This document shows positions 1 to 13,539 of a stretch of DNA of 64,000 bases, one piece after another. A model generated the notes under the pieces. It was not told where the DNA came from and ran no database searches. It worked only from the letters and a program-made list of their open reading frames with translations. The DNA lies in NCBI GenBank assembly GCA_013265495.1, contig MU057930.1:381599-445598 (forward strand), in the 5' to 3' direction. The stretch comes from Vicugna vicugna (Eukaryota). How positions within the stretch are numbered: position 1 is the first letter of the stretch; each line of letters starts with the position of its first letter. Both the position numbers and the translations under genes were made by a program.

Positions 1-59
1 CAGTGCCGAGGAAGAGAAACCCTGGGCCTTCACATGAGAGACAGTCTGCAGAGGGATCG

Positions 60-314
60 ATTAATCAGTTGATTGATTAGTGTATCTATCGATTGATTGA
101 TTTATCTATCATCTATCTATGTATCTATGCATCTATCTATCATCTATCCATCCAATAATCCATCCATCTAATCTTTCTACCTATCTATCCATCCATCCAT
201 CCATATAATCTTATCTATCTATCCATCCATCTAATCTACCTATTTATCCATCCATCCATCTAATCTATCCAACCGTCTAATCTATCCATCTATCCATCCA
301 TCCATCTAATCTTA

Positions 315-362
<48 letters not shown>

Positions 363-365
363 TGA
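60..365. repeat. (TATC/TCCA/TGTC)n compound microsatellite
   Basis: Direct inspection. Confidence 0.9.
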
Positions 366-464
366 ATGACAGTGACTCTTAACCAACGATGATTTTGCCC
401 TCCAGGGGACACCTGACAATAGCTGGAGGCATTTTTGGTTACCACAACTTGTAGCAGAGATAAG

Positions 465-1565
465 AACAGTGGCTAGTAGCGCATAGTTGGCAGAAACTTA
501 CTCCCCAGGACCTCAAAATGTGACTGCATTCATGGATGGGGGTCTTTAAGGAGGTAATTAAGGTAAAATGAGGTCAGTAGGGTGGTTCCTGATCCCATAG
601 GACTGGGGTCCTTGTAAGAAGAGATGAGGATCCAGACACACGCAGAGGGATGACCACGAGGACACAGGGAGGAGACGGCCGTCTGCACAGCAAGGAGAGA
701 GGACTCAGGAGACACCAGCCCTGCTGACACCTGGGGGATTGCTGGGTCGGGGGGTACACACACATTCACCTGGTGCAGACGCTTACAAACCAGTGTCCAC
801 AGTGGTCCTACCCGGGTACAGCTGCACCCACGGTGTTCAAGGATCTCCTCTCGCTCTGTTTCCTTGCCAACACTTGAGACTGTCTATCGTTTTTATGCAG
901 CCACTCTGCTGCATCTATGTTCATATAAATTTTTTCAAGTTATATTTTGAACGGTTTCTTCCTGTTCCCCGTTGCTCCCTTTGTACATACTTTGGACCCC
1001 CTGGAATGTAACCACTGTCGTCACGTCAAACGTTTTGACATGGCTCTCTGTACTAATTTTCTGATGACTGCTGTAAGCAATCACCACAATTTTGGTGCCA
1101 GAAAATGATGCCGATTTCTTTTCTTGGGTTTCCGGAGGCCAGAAGTCTAAAATCAAGGTGTGGGCAGAGCTGTATTCACCTTAGAGGTAGCCTCCAGAGC
1201 TGTATTCCTGGGGGAGACTCAGGCTTAGGGTGAGGGACGTAAATTTGGTGCCAGAAAGCAATAAGGATTTATTTCCTTGTGTTTCTGTAGACTGGAAGAC
1301 TAAAATCAAGCTGTCGGTGGGACTGAATTCCTCTAAGAGGATGCCTGCCTTCTTATGCCCCTTTCTGCATCTTCCACACACCCTGCTCCTCTTACCAGGA
1401 TTTTTGGGATGACATTGGACCCACGTGGATAATCCAGGGTCATCTCCGTGTGTTAAGATGCGTCCCTTAATCACATCTGCAAAACTCCCTTTGCCATATT
1501 AAAGAAGAGCAATATTCACGGATTCTGGGCGTGAGGATGTTGTGGGCCATTCTTCAGCACCCCCA
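465..1565. mobile_element. MaLR (MLT1-like) LTR fragments; similar pieces at about 4360-4685, 7280-7640, 20000-20430, 22590-22895, 46050-46400, 46710-46960, 49460-49700 and 55700-56150
   Basis: Hallmarks: ggaggccagaagtc(c/t)aaaatcaaggtg, cttataaggac, ggataatccagg, taatcacatctgcaaa. Confidence 0.7.
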
Positions 1566-1895
1566 CAATCTCCCAGAACCCACCTGAAATCATGACTTCA
1601 CATCAAGATTGACTCACATATTTTAAGCAAATAACATCACATGTAATCAGCTCTGTCCAGAGAGCTTCAGCCCTTCAGTATTCCAAATAATCATACTATT
1701 TTTTAAAAAAAAGATTTGTTTTCCTTTTGGCAGGACTACGTACACCATACTGGGTATGCCAGCCCAGGACAACGGAACGGCAGCTTCCGTTTTCACCGTC
1801 CCCCCCGGATCTCAACCATCACCACCCGATGACTGGGGACGGTGAACGGGGCGGTGGGGACGGGCCCTCTCCCCGGCCGCCCCCCCCGCACCCAC

Positions 1896-2017
1896 CTGAT
1901 CTGAGCGCGTGTCGGCCCGTGAGGAAGGCCGCTCTGCTGGGGCTGCAGAGCGGGGCGGCCGCCAGGTGCTGCGTGAGCCGCACGCCTTCCCGCGCCAGTC
2001 GGTCGACATTCGGCGTC
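1896..2017 (-). CDS. ARSD: Arylsulfatase D, coding exon 3 ([40 protein letters not shown])
   Basis: 122-nt exon with ag/gt boundaries; catalytic CSPSR motif; AAAPLC and TGRH are ARSD-like; gene continues beyond the left edge. Confidence 0.93.
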
Positions 2018-2702
2018 CTGAGCAAACCACACAGAGGCCGCCGTCAGGACGCGGTCGTGCGAGGGGACAGGGCAGCGCATCCCCGCGCTGAAAGCGCCCA
2101 GATGGTAGGGGCGTCCCCGGGCTTTAGAACGAGCTGTGTTAAGTCCCCTGCAGAGGCAGCTGGACCCCCACTTCTAAAAGTTTGGTGCAGAGACGGAAGC
2201 CGACACTGTCACATGCACACGCCCCGAAAGGGTCTGAGAAGGCTTTCTGGAGGAGGCCACGGCGGGCTCCCACGCGGGCCTGAAGGCCTGCAGGCGTGCA
2301 GCTGTTGCTGCCACGTGGCTGTGGGCCCAGGATGAGCCGGCGTGGTCTGCGTTTCCCGCCAGCCCGGAGGAGGGGGCGCTGGGCTTCCTCGTGGGCTGGT
2401 CCAGAGGCCGGGCACCGGGGCGAGAGGGTGCAGGAAGGCTGGAAGGCCGTCGGCAGGCAGACAGCAGCAAAGACTGGGACTCCTCGTTACAAGGGGGACC
2501 CCGGAGTCCCTGGGCTCAGCCCCTCAGAAATCCCCTCATGGCATCCCCGACAACAGCCACCTGGTCTCCGGTCACTGGGAAACAGGGCAGCCCGTTCCGT
2601 TTTTGAACGATGCGTTAGAAACTTGTCTTGCTCTATAGGGTGGATGGGAAGGTCTTAAAACCTTAGAGATTTTTCTTCACATCTTTGGGGCTGACAACTT
2701 TA

Positions 2703-2910
2703 GACCAGTGGCTCTCCAGGGGACAACTTTGCTTTAGCGAAATCTAGGGGGCATTTTGGGCTGTCACAACTCAGCAAGAGGGTGCTCGTGGCATCTGGTG
2801 GGTAGAGACCAGGGACACTGCTCAAAATCCTGTGGTGTACAGGGTGCCCCTGTCACGGAGAAGTCTCTAACCTCAAATATCAATAGGGCCGAAATTGAGA
2901 AACTCTGCTT
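2703..2910. mobile_element. MER20-like DNA transposon fragment (another at about 370-460)
   Basis: cagtggctctc...ccaggggaca...ttttgggctgtcacaact...ggcatctggtgggtagagaccaggga...ttgagaaactctg. Confidence 0.7.
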
Positions 2911-2921
2911 TAGCTTAGGGG

Positions 2922-3017
2922 CCTATCTATCTATTTATCTAATTTTCATCCATCTATCCATCCTTTCGTCCAACCAACTGTCCATCCAACCATCCATCCA
3001 TCCAAATATCCATCCGT

Positions 3018-3048
<31 letters not shown>

Positions 3049-3150
3049 ACCATCCATGCATCCAACCACCCATCCAACCATCCATCCATTCATCCACCCA
3101 TCCATCCATCTGTCCACACATCTGTCCAACAATCATCTAGGTATCTACCA
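2922..3150. repeat. (TCCA)n-rich simple repeat
   Basis: Direct inspection. Confidence 0.9.
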
Positions 3151-4825
3151 AACATTTGTCTCTTACAATGTCTTCGTGATCATCTACACTGGGGAATGGG
3201 ACGAAGAGCACCATAGGTCTGAACCTCAGTAGAGCACCTCCCTCCTGCAGAATCCTTTCCCTCCACTTGTTAAAAGATTATCTTACAAAAGGAAAAAAAA
3301 ATGCTACTTCTTTGATACATTTAAATGTGATGTAAAATTTCTGTGCTTCTCAGTCAACTGAAGATCATTCCTTTTTTCCCTTATCAAGTTGCTTCCCAAA
3401 CATGGTCCTAAAACATTACTCAAGAGTGCCTTTCATTCCTGTATGCATTCTTTTCCTTTTCAATAGCACTGTGGCCTGTGGAATCAGTTACTTTCATTAA
3501 AAAAAAAAAGCATCTGAAAGTGATATAAATATGCTGAGAGGTCTCTTGCTGCCTCTAGGGAAAAAGATGGGGTAGCAGCGTATGAGTGAGATGTGCTGGG
3601 AGAGGAGACAGCTTCCCTCCCTACTGTGGTAATACAATGAACAGGTATCATGTTTATTTACAGAACTCCCCGCTCAGTCTGTAACTCGTCTCTGGAGTAG
3701 CACTGCTTTCAGACCATCAGGGGGTCACTTTTATATTTTGCATCACGGAACTGGAAGGGTCCATCCAATGACCTCCTATTCCCCGAGGAAACATGCAGGC
3801 TCAGAGGAGCTCAGGGTCTGGGACCCCTGGCAGAGCCATGCAGGAGCAGGGTCAGCACCACCGGGCTGCTCCTGGGACTCCCTGACCCCCGGTCCCCTGA
3901 CCAGCCTCAGGCTGCATGTTCACATTAACTCCCTTCTACCGCAAGGAGGGAGAGCCAGTGTTACCAACACAAGCCGCAGCCGAGTTCTGAGGCTCTCCAA
4001 GCCTGTCCCCGCCTGCAGACGAAAGCGGGAAAGGTTTAACCCAAGGGGATAACTCTGGATCCGTCTCTCCATGGAATCTTTCAGCTCTGCTCCCTACGTG
4101 AGAGCCTCCTGCACATTTAATGATTTAGGACAAAGATTGGCAATCTCTGGCCAAATGTTACTGTGGGTCTATTTTGGGAAGTCCCTCTGGAGCTCAGGGC
4201 AGTTCTGAAGTTTTTCAAGAGTTGGGAAAAATAAACAGAAGAAGAAAGAAGGGTAGGACCTTATGTGACCCATGCAGGCTCTCACAGTCCCATGTGGCCC
4301 CTTACAAAAGAGGATCGCTTATATTAACCCCTAATCTGGAATAAAAAATTCTTCCAGCGTGTCACCCTAGGTGATCTGGGTTGCATCTTAAATCCATTGA
4401 GTGTGCTTCCAAGAGACAGAAGATGAGGGACACAGACACAGAGGAGAAGCCACGTGGAGACGGAGGCGGAGACGGGGACGGAGGCGGCCACCAGCCCATG
4501 GATGGATGCCTGGAGCCCCCAGAAGCTGGAAGAGGCAGGAGGGACTCTCCCCTGGAGCTTCAGGAGGGAGCGCGGCCCTGGGACACCTTGACCTCGGGCG
4601 TCTGGTCTCCAGAACTGGAGGAGGAGAAATTCCTCTTCTTTTAAGGGCCCCAGTTTGTGGTCATTTGGTACGGCTACCCCAGAAAATTAATGCACCCCCC
4701 CACCACTGTTCATGTTGTTTGAAACGTTTAGGACTGTCTTTGCCTGTCGAAAAGTAATTGTTTTGGTGCTGAGATTCAAGGCATTAAAGAATTTTGTAAC
4801 TTCTACAGGCAGATTTTAAATGCAT

Positions 4826-4858
<33 letters not shown>

Positions 4859-4883
4859 CACCTGCACCCCCAGCCCGTGGTAC

Positions 4884-5033
4884 CTCAGTGTGTCGTTCCC
4901 ATAGCAACCAAGGTCCCCAATGCCAAGATCGTCTGCCATTATCAGTAGGATATTTGGTTTAAACGCATTTGCTGCTTTTAATTCGCAAGTCCTCAGAAGG
5001 CAGCTCACAGTGACTAAAACCGCCAGAGACTCC
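4884..5033 (-). CDS. ARSD: Arylsulfatase D, coding exon 2 (ESLAVLV...[26 protein letters not shown])
   Basis: Acceptor cctgcag|G and donor AG|gtac; 150 nt; signal peptide plus sulfatase metal-binding DD motif; [17 protein letters not shown] resembles human ARSD. Confidence 0.93.
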
Positions 5034-5349
5034 CTGCAGGAAAAACACACCAAAAAAGGCAGAAATAAACGTCTGTCGGCTGGAATGAAATGCTGGCATT
5101 TCAAACCAGGTTGCTGGGAAGGTATCCGCATTTCAGGCACGTTAGGATCTAACAAAGGACAGTCTCCAACTTTGGACTCCTTTTGTCCCAACGGCTTGCG
5201 TAATAAACCGTCCTGAGCCGCAGAAACCTTGACCGCGCTAGGTTTTTGTTTGTTGGTTTGTTCTGGAAAGTCGTGGTCGGCCAAAGTTCAGTTTCTTGCG
5301 CTGAATTCACCCGGGCTCCTCGTTCCCACCACTTTTAACTACGCCAGTG

Positions 5350-6560
5350 GCCTTAAAGTCACCAGAGGCCGGGCTCTGAGCTGGGGCGCCCTCCTTCCCG
5401 GATGCGCAGGGCGGCCCACCAAGGGTCCCCGGCTCGCCCACGAGGGAGGCGGGCCGGGTCGGGGCAGAGGGGGACTCGCATTTTTAAAGGATGCATATGG
5501 GATTACAAGCAGCCCAGACATGACAGGGAGAAAGCACAGCCGTCTCCACCAGTCACCTCACGGACTGGAAAGGCACGTCTGCGGCGAGGTCAGGAGCGCA
5601 CCCGCGCCCTGCGTAACCGCGGTCCGGAGCGTCCCGGGGGTGGGTCCCCGCGCGCCCGGTTTCCGGGCTCCGGGCTGCACGTTCCAGAGGGTCCCGGGGT
5701 GCGCAGCACGGCCCCCGGTGCCATCCGCGTCCCCCGGGGGCGCCCCGGCGCGCCCCGGGGTTGCGGACCTGGCCTGGGGCGCCGGCGGGTCTTGGCCGGA
5801 GAGTTGGGGGCCGCACGGCCGCGCGGGGGTGGGGATGGCAGCGAGGGGAGGGCCAGGGCGCGGACCGGGCATGTCCTAGAGGGTCGGGCTCCGGGGACGC
5901 GGGCACGGGGGCTGTCACAGCGCAGGCCCGGGCGGGCCCCCGCTTCCGGGCTGGGAGGCCGCGGCGGGGCGACCGGCTCCTTTCTTCTGGTCTGTGCGTC
6001 TCCCCCACCCTCCGTTTCGGGGGCGAATCGCTGCCCCCTCCCCAGCCCTTTCGTCCCCCGTGTGTCCAGGGCACAGAGCTGGCCGCCAGCTGCAGGCCGG
6101 TGACTCCGAGGCGCACGCACAGGGGCCCACGCTCGGCTGGACGCCCCTCCCCTCTCCTCCCGCGCCCCCCACCCCGCCCCGGGATGGAGTGGGGACCTCG
6201 TCCGGACCCCGCGCACCTGGCCGGGAGCTTGGCGCGTCCGCTCTGCGCCGTGGGTCCCATGGCCGAGCGCGGCCCGGACGGAGCGCAGGACCTTGCCCCC
6301 AGAGCCGTGTCCCGGACCCGCCCCCGGAGTTGCGCGGTCCGTTGCGCCCCCTCCCTCCCTAATCCTCTTAAAGACTCCCGTGGCCTCCAGGGAGTTGAGC
6401 TTGCGAACAGGTTTTCCTGCGAGGCTTCCTGGGGGCGGCGCTCCGAGAGACTGGGGCCTGGGAGCAGCTGATGGACGCCGGCTGGGCCGGGGTAGGAGGG
6501 CAGGGTGTTGCCAAGTGGTGGTGGGGCCCGGGGTGAGCAGGCAGGAGGTCCTGGGTTCAA
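5350..6560. promoter_or_regulatory. CpG island / ARSD promoter
   Basis: Very high GC and CpG density around ARSD exon 1; GC boxes (ccccgcccc, cccgcccc). Confidence 0.85.
6217..6260 (-). CDS. ARSD: Arylsulfatase D, coding exon 1 (MGPTAQSGRAKLPA-R)
   Basis: ATG at 6260-6258 in a good Kozak context (gccATGG) inside a CpG island; donor CCAG|gtgcgc; 44 nt, phase 2, joins exon 2 in frame. Confidence 0.8.
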
Positions 6561-7656
6561 TCCCCAGTACCTACCTTTTAAAAGAAAAAAAAAGGGGGGG
6601 GGAGGAAAGGGGATAGGAGGGGAAGGGACTCTGTTACCCATCACAGGGAGCAATCATTTTAGGAGTTTGTCTGGCACAAGGCGTGCCAGTGTCCCCGGCT
6701 GTAAGGGAAAAAGGCGTTTACTAGGCCTGCCGCAGTCTCTGCGGGACACACACGAGAGGGGTGCCTGTGTGCGCCCCGGGGGTCGGTTCTGAGGGCTTTT
6801 AGGGGGGGTGGGGAGGAGTTGGTGAACAAAATGGGCTGGGGGCTCTGTGATCAGCTTGCACACAAGTGTTCTGATTGGTCGTGGGTGAGGTAAGGAGTTC
6901 AAGGTCGGTGGAGCCGGGACTAGAACGAACCAGCGTGAGGTGCTGTGAGATTAGGCACTACCTGGGGCTGTTACTTTGTTAGGGCAGACACACCCAGGAA
7001 AGAATGCACTTGAGCTTTTGAGGGCTCTCAGGCAGACGTCTGACAACCCAGGAATGGAAATTAGGCTTTGAAAGACGCCCGGTGGCCCCGCAGACTTGGC
7101 TCCTGTAATCAGGCAACCAGGACGTGAATCTGAATTCAAGAGGGTGCCAGATTTATGCCGAATGGCCAAGGTACGGGCTGCTCGTGGGGAACCAAGGCTT
7201 GGGCAGGTGTTTCTTGCATCTGGAGACTGAAAGAACTGTTGGAAAGCCAGCCCCCACCTCCCAGCAGAGAATGAATTATGGGCCAAATTGGGTCTCCATG
7301 CAAATTCATATGTTGAAGCTCTAACCGTCCCCGCCCCCTGCCCCCACCATGTGCTTGTATTTGAGGGTCTTCAAAGAGGGGATGAAGGTAAAATGGGGTC
7401 ACTAGGTGGGTCCTGATCCCAGAGGACTGGGGTCCTTCTAAGAAGAGGAGATGAGGACCCAGACACACACAGAGGGACAGCCATATGAGGACACAGGGAG
7501 GAGACGGCCGTCCACACACCAAGGAGAGACCAGCCCTGCTCACACCCTGACCTCCGATTCCAGCCTCCAGTACCGGGAGAAATAAATGTGTGATGTTTAA
7601 ACCCCACCCCTCGTTTGCAGAACTCTGTTATGGTGACTGGAGCTGGGAGAGAGCGG

Positions 7657-7687
<31 letters not shown>

Positions 7688-8168
7688 AGGGAGGGAGAGA
7701 GAGTTGAGACAGGTGATTGCGTAGGCGGTGTCTGGAATAAATGAATAAATTTCCCATCTCATTCTCCCTCCTGGTGGTGTCCCATCCTGGGGTGCAGTGC
7801 AAAGCCAGGGGGCGAGGGAGTCCCATCAGACAGTGACCTCGGGCCATAGAGAGGGGAGGACACTGAAGACCCAGCACGGCTCCCAGATTCTGACTTTCCC
7901 CGGATCACCGGCGCACTGTTTCACCAAGCATCGTGGCTTGAAAATAGTTCTGGTTTGAAACACAGTCTGTCCTTGTCAATGTTGAAAATGATCTATCCAC
8001 CTTCTCGAAACTGGTCTCACCCGCACCTCATCAGAGTCATCTCAGACCCTCGGTGCCTGCCTGCTGTTTCTCTGCACATCTTTATGATGTAAAAGCACCT
8101 TCGCTTGGGATCTGAGCTCTTTCTGGGGACAGAGCAGCCTCCCCCAGGTGGCAGGGAGAACTGCAGTG

Positions 8169-8332
8169 TTTATTCTCCAGTTTGGTGGTCCAGGCAGCAG
8201 CCCCTGAAGGGTGCATTTTATTTCGTGGTGATTGTGTGTTACCGCTTCTTCCCCGTCCCTTCCCCTTTAGAACTGGGGGAACTGTTCAGCCCCGCACAAG
8301 CAGTTGACTTGACCTGACAGTGATGTTTTATT
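8169..8332 (-). terminator. Cluster of three AATAAA polyadenylation signals for ARSL
   Basis: tttatt on the plus strand at 8327-8332, 8217-8222 and 8169-8174, within ~220 nt of the stop codon. Confidence 0.65.
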
Positions 8333-8387
8333 GTGACGCCAGTGAAGAGCTCCAGGGGCCGGGGACCCAGCTTTCCCTGGGCGGGCG

Positions 8388-8746
8388 TTACCCTGGGTCT
8401 GCCTCCCGATCGCACCAACAGAAGGGGAACGGGCCACAGCAGGGTTGGAGCCATGGCTTCCAGGTGTTGTCCGGCGTGTCCAGCTGCAGCAGAACTGGGC
8501 TGAGCGTCCGGCGATGGTCCTCCACGGCCCGGGCGACTCGCTCCATCACCTGATGGAACAAAGGCTCCGTGTCCGGCGTGAGGGCATGGGCCTCGGAAGG
8601 GTCTCTCGAGAGGTCAAACAGCAAAGGTGGGTCATGATGGGCTACTTTCTCCCCGGAACACGGGCAGACCCCTCTCCCGTAGCAGGCGCCGGCTCCGTCC
8701 GGGTGGAATACGGGGGTCACGTAGTGGACTTTCCACACTGCTCCTC
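8388..8746 (-). CDS. ARSL: Arylsulfatase L (E), last coding exon ([11 protein letters not shown]...[19 protein letters not shown])
   Basis: Acceptor cctccag|GA; stop TAA at 8390-8388; C-terminus resembles human ARSE ([18 protein letters not shown]). Confidence 0.93.
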
Positions 8747-8764
8747 CTGGAGGAAGGACAAGCA

Positions 8765-9250
8765 TTGAAGGGGGAGAGACAGGACGCATTACTGGAGAGC
8801 ACGGTGATTCACAACAAGAAGAAGGTGGAAGCAGCTCAAGTGTCCATCCAAGGATGGACGGAGAAACAGAATGGGGTCCATGCACACAGGGGAATATTAC
8901 TCAGCCAGGAAAAAGGTGAGGCTCCGCCACAGGCTACAGCATGGATGGACCTTTAACACAGGATGCTCTGTGAGAGGATGCAGACACAGAAGGACACACA
9001 GGGTGTGATTCCATTTATAGGAAATGCCCAGAAGAGGCAAATCCACAGGCACAGAAAGAAAGTCAGGGCTAGTCAGGGGCTGCAGGAAGCAGAATGTAGA
9101 ATGATTGTTTTTTTAATGGGATCGAGGCTTCCCTTTTGGGTGATGAAAGTGTTTTGAAACTAGACAGGGTGACGGTTGCAAAACACTGTGAATGTGCTAA
9201 ATGTTGCTCAATTTTACTCTTGAAAAGGGTGGATTTTAGGATATGGGAAT
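8765..9250 (+). mobile_element. Old L1 (L1M-type) 3' fragment
   Basis: ggaatattactcagcc...catggatggacctt...gtgattccatttataggaaatgcccagaa; a similar copy lies at about 14400-14770. Confidence 0.75.
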
Positions 9251-9513
9251 AATACAGATGGAATGTGTGTGTCCCCCTCAAGTTTATATGTGGAAGCCCT
9301 GACCTCCAATGTGATGGGTTTAGGAAGTAGAGACTTTGGTAGATAATTAGAATTAATGAGATCACCAGAGTGAAAAAAACTTACAGGGAGAAATCTATAA
9401 TATGTAACTTTAAAAAAGCAAAGATGTAGCAATAAAAAATCATCCCTAAGCGTCAATGCTTCTAGATTGAGCTGTGCAATTGAAAGTCTCAAGAAAAAGT
9501 CTTTAAAGGGGGA

Positions 9514-9625
9514 GGGGGAGGATATAGCACAGTGGTTAGACAGTGTGCTTAGCATGCACGAGGTCCTAGGTTCAATCCCCAGTACCTCCATTAAAATAAA
9601 TAAATACTTAATTACCCTCCCACAA
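9514..9625 (+). mobile_element. tRNA-derived SINE (camelid vic-1-like)
   Basis: A box tagcacagtgg, B box ggttcaatccc, tail motif taattacc. Confidence 0.85.
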
Positions 9626-10092
9626 AGTTTTTGAAAAGTTATAAAAGGGGAAACTGATAATATTTAATTTAAAAAAATGTAGCAAGAAAAAAAATCATCC
9701 CAGATTATAACACTACTGAAAAGGATGGACAGGAAAGAGAGGGAGATTGAAAAAAAAAATCTATGGTAACTTTCTGAAATAAAGGGGATTCCAAGACTAA
9801 GTCTTTCAGTCTTGATCCAGAAAACTGGAGACATTCAGAGACTGCTTTTGAGGAAGGAAGAAAAAAGAGTAAGGATAAAAAAAAAAAAATGAGGAAACAA
9901 AGGGATGGAAACCTTCCCAAACCCTGGAAGAAAGGTCTGTGAGGCAAATTCAAAAAAGGGATAAACTGTCAGGCCGAGGCAGAGTAACAGGGAGGGAAAC
10001 AGAAATGAAGAGAAAAGACTGAAAAAGGGGAAACTTTTATCCGAAGACCAAAGAGAAGCAGAATCAAATATTTATAAAATTTAAAATTACAA

Positions 10093-10200
10093 GGAGAGGG
10101 TATAGCTCAGTGGCAGAGAGCATGTTTACCATGCATGAGGTCCTGGGTTCAATCCCCAGTACCTCCACTGAAAAAAAAATGTAATTAATCCCCCCCCCAA
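10093..10200 (+). mobile_element. tRNA-derived SINE
   Basis: gagggtatagctcagtggcagagc...ggttcaatccccagtacctcc. Confidence 0.85.
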
Positions 10201-11052
10201 AGTTAAAAATACAGTTATTATGCAAATCCAAGAGCTGCATTTTAGAAGCTGATTCATAGAAACGGAAAACCTCTGGTACCTCCACTTGGGCGGTGATGGG
10301 GAATCCAGGCATAAATGTGAAGGCAATTAAAATACAGTGAAATTACCCATAAGAGAATAAAACACTTCGTGAAATGAATACTTTTTAACTAAGAAGTGGA
10401 GAGACATAACACATTGCAGTTGGGGAAAACTCAATATTGTAAAGATATCACTTCCCCGCCCCTACCACGCTCATTTATACACTGAAGGCGATGACAATTG
10501 GTGTTCCTCTGGAATTAAGAAAGACTTGGAAATGATTTTACAGTTCTCTGGAAAAAGACTCTTGGGGCAAAATATGCCTGGAAAAGTTTGAGATGTGAAA
10601 ATTATGCAGCAAGCAGATGGCCGCTTATATTACAAAGTTGTTATTACAACAAATATGAGCTGGTGGCATTCAGTTAAGGTGGTGAAAACACATGCAAACC
10701 AAATCTAGGTGAAGAGAACAGACTGCAAAGCTTAGAGCCAGGTGGGAAGCCCTGTGTGTGTGCAAGAGACTCTGTGTGTGTATGTGTGTGTGTACGCATC
10801 TACGTGGGATGATAAAAGTTGTGTGTGATAAAAGTGGTTCTTCCCATCACAGGGAAATAATGCAAAAACCATAGGTAAGAATTCCCTTCCCGTAAGGATA
10901 GGATGAATGACAGCCAGAAGGATGTTGCTGACGTGAGAAGAAAAGTCTCACCAAGAAGGAAGTAAAGGAGCTCGTGTGGAAAGGAAAGACGTCAAGAAGC
11001 AGGAGACGGAGAAGGGAAGCCACACTGTGACTCCCTCCCGCAGCCTACTCAC

Positions 11053-11174
11053 TGTCCCGTTGGTGCCACCGGGCTGCGTGCAGAGACTGTTCGCAGTAAT
11101 GCATCAGGAACTCCTGCTCCGAGTGCTGGACCGTCCCCAGGAGCAAGGGCAGCAGGTCCCGGCCGTCGATCACC
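11053..11174 (-). CDS. ARSL: ARSL coding exon 9 ([11 protein letters not shown]...[20 protein letters not shown])
   Basis: 122 nt; cgcag| acceptor and A|gtgagt donor. Confidence 0.93.
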
Positions 11175-11351
11175 CTGCGGGCAGGAGCGCAGGGGCTCAG
11201 GGAGGGGCAGGTGCGCACCTTAGCAAGGAGCAGCCACCCTACCACGTGCCTGCAAACTTCACCCTTGGCTAAAAGGTCACTGAGGGTCCAGCTTGCTCGG
11301 CTGAAGGGATGGGCCACGCAGCCTACTTAGGATCGCACAGACAAGAGGGCG

Positions 11352-11442
11352 GGGGGCAGAGCTCAGTGCTAGAGCACGTGCTTGGCGTGCACGAGGCCGG
11401 GGACGCAGTCCCCAGTGCCTCCGTTAAGGAAAAAAAGAAAAA
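11352..11442 (+). mobile_element. tRNA-derived SINE, diverged
   Basis: agctcagtgctagagcacgtgcttggcgtgcacgagg followed by an A-rich tail. Confidence 0.75.
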
Positions 11443-11564
11443 GAGAGCTAGGAATGCAGAAATGGGCTAACATCCAGGGAAACGTGCTGGCTTTATATTG
11501 ACTTGAGCTTTGAGTCATTATAGAATGTGTTGTAGTCTTCAACAAGACTTGGAATCATTTCATA

Positions 11565-12150
11565 AACATATATGATAAAAGAAAATTTACCTGCATATAT
11601 AGTATGTACATTCAATATATGTACACACAATGTATGTCGTTACTTACAAATACATATATACAATAGATACACAGTATACGTGTTCTTCATATTCACTATG
11701 TATACTATGTATACACAACATAGACACTGTATATACAATATACACACAACATATGTGCTCTGCTTATTCAATATGTACACTTGTATACACAACATATACA
11801 CTGTATATGCAATATATATACACAATATTTGCGCTCTGCATATTCAATATGTGTACTATATATACACATATACACACACGATATCCATACACCATAGATA
11901 TACCATATAAATGCATACCAGATATACATGCCATATACCATATACCATGTCTATATGCATCAGATGGTCTATATGCACACCATATAGATACATGATATAT
12001 GGCATATATATACACCATGTGTAGGCAGAATATATATATATAATTTCACTTGCAAATATGTGTATTCTTATGCACATACACACATATGTATATGTTTACA
12101 TATGTATGTGTTTATGAGCATGTATATATCTATATACACACTTATATATA
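11565..12150. repeat. TA/CA-rich low-complexity tract
   Basis: Degenerate (TATACA)n-like sequence. Confidence 0.85.
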
Positions 12151-13263
12151 AATAAAACCAAGCTACAGTATATGGCTGAATTTATCTTACCTTCCAGTAA
12201 AACACATTTGCAGTATACACGACAGAGAGATCTTTACTTTTAAAACAAATGAGCTGTTATAAATTAGTTTTAAAAACTAGCAGGCAATTAGGACAAAGAA
12301 ATCAACCAGAGGCATGGTATTCAACCTAAGAGAAGAGTACACAGGAAAATGTGAGCTAAACAAAGGTGTAGAATAGTCAACCTCTCTGCAGGTACAGCGA
12401 TGGAAGGTATAACACGCACATATATGTATGTGTGTAGACACACATCTGTGTCATGTATATATTTAATAAATAAATCACATGTGTAACTTAAATTGATTTT
12501 ACTTCAGTTATTTTTATGGTAATCTCACAGATGGCCAGGAGCAACTCCTAGGGAACCACTTGACAAAATGTATCAAGAGAGTTACCTGCCAAATGGCCAC
12601 ACGCTTTGACACAGGAATTTAACTTGTCTGGATTTTTGCTAAGAAGATAATTATGACAAGCAGTCAATGGACAAAGCAGGAATTTTAAATAAAAAAGAAC
12701 AAGGCTTAAGTCTACCTGTACGAAGATGGTTGAAAGGGTACCGTGAAACCATTAAAATTTTTGTCCAAGCGCAAAGATTTCTAAACAGATGTCGGTACGT
12801 ACATCGATAGCTGTATACTTAGATATATTTATATAAATAAACATAAAATATTTCTAAATACATATAATAGATAGGTCTCATATAACTTAACTGTACCCTT
12901 GTGTATGATGTAAAGATTATGAAATAACTTTGATTTCTTTCAATTTCCCTGCACTTTCTATAATTTTTAGAGCAAGAGAAATTGGAATCGTAAGAAGTCC
13001 CTGCCATGCTCCATCCAAAGGAATTTCTTGTGGTGGATGAATAGGGAGGAAATTCATGGCTGGAATTTCAGCGACAATTGTCCCTATGCCCCAATGGCTC
13101 CACTTAACAATCAGGAGAAGGGAGGACATTTTGTGCATAAAATGAAGCCGACGCTTCATTCCAGGCGGTATCGATGGGGCGCTCCTTCCAGAGACCGATC
13201 TCACGGATGCCTTATGCCAAGCGAGAGGGACAGAGACACTCCACATACGTGGTGTTGCCTCTA

Positions 13264-13539
<276 letters not shown>

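Noticed and set aside
5229..6653. Many overlapping 200-366 aa ORFs
   Set aside because: By-product of stop-codon scarcity in the ARSD CpG island; only the 44-nt exon 1 is supported.
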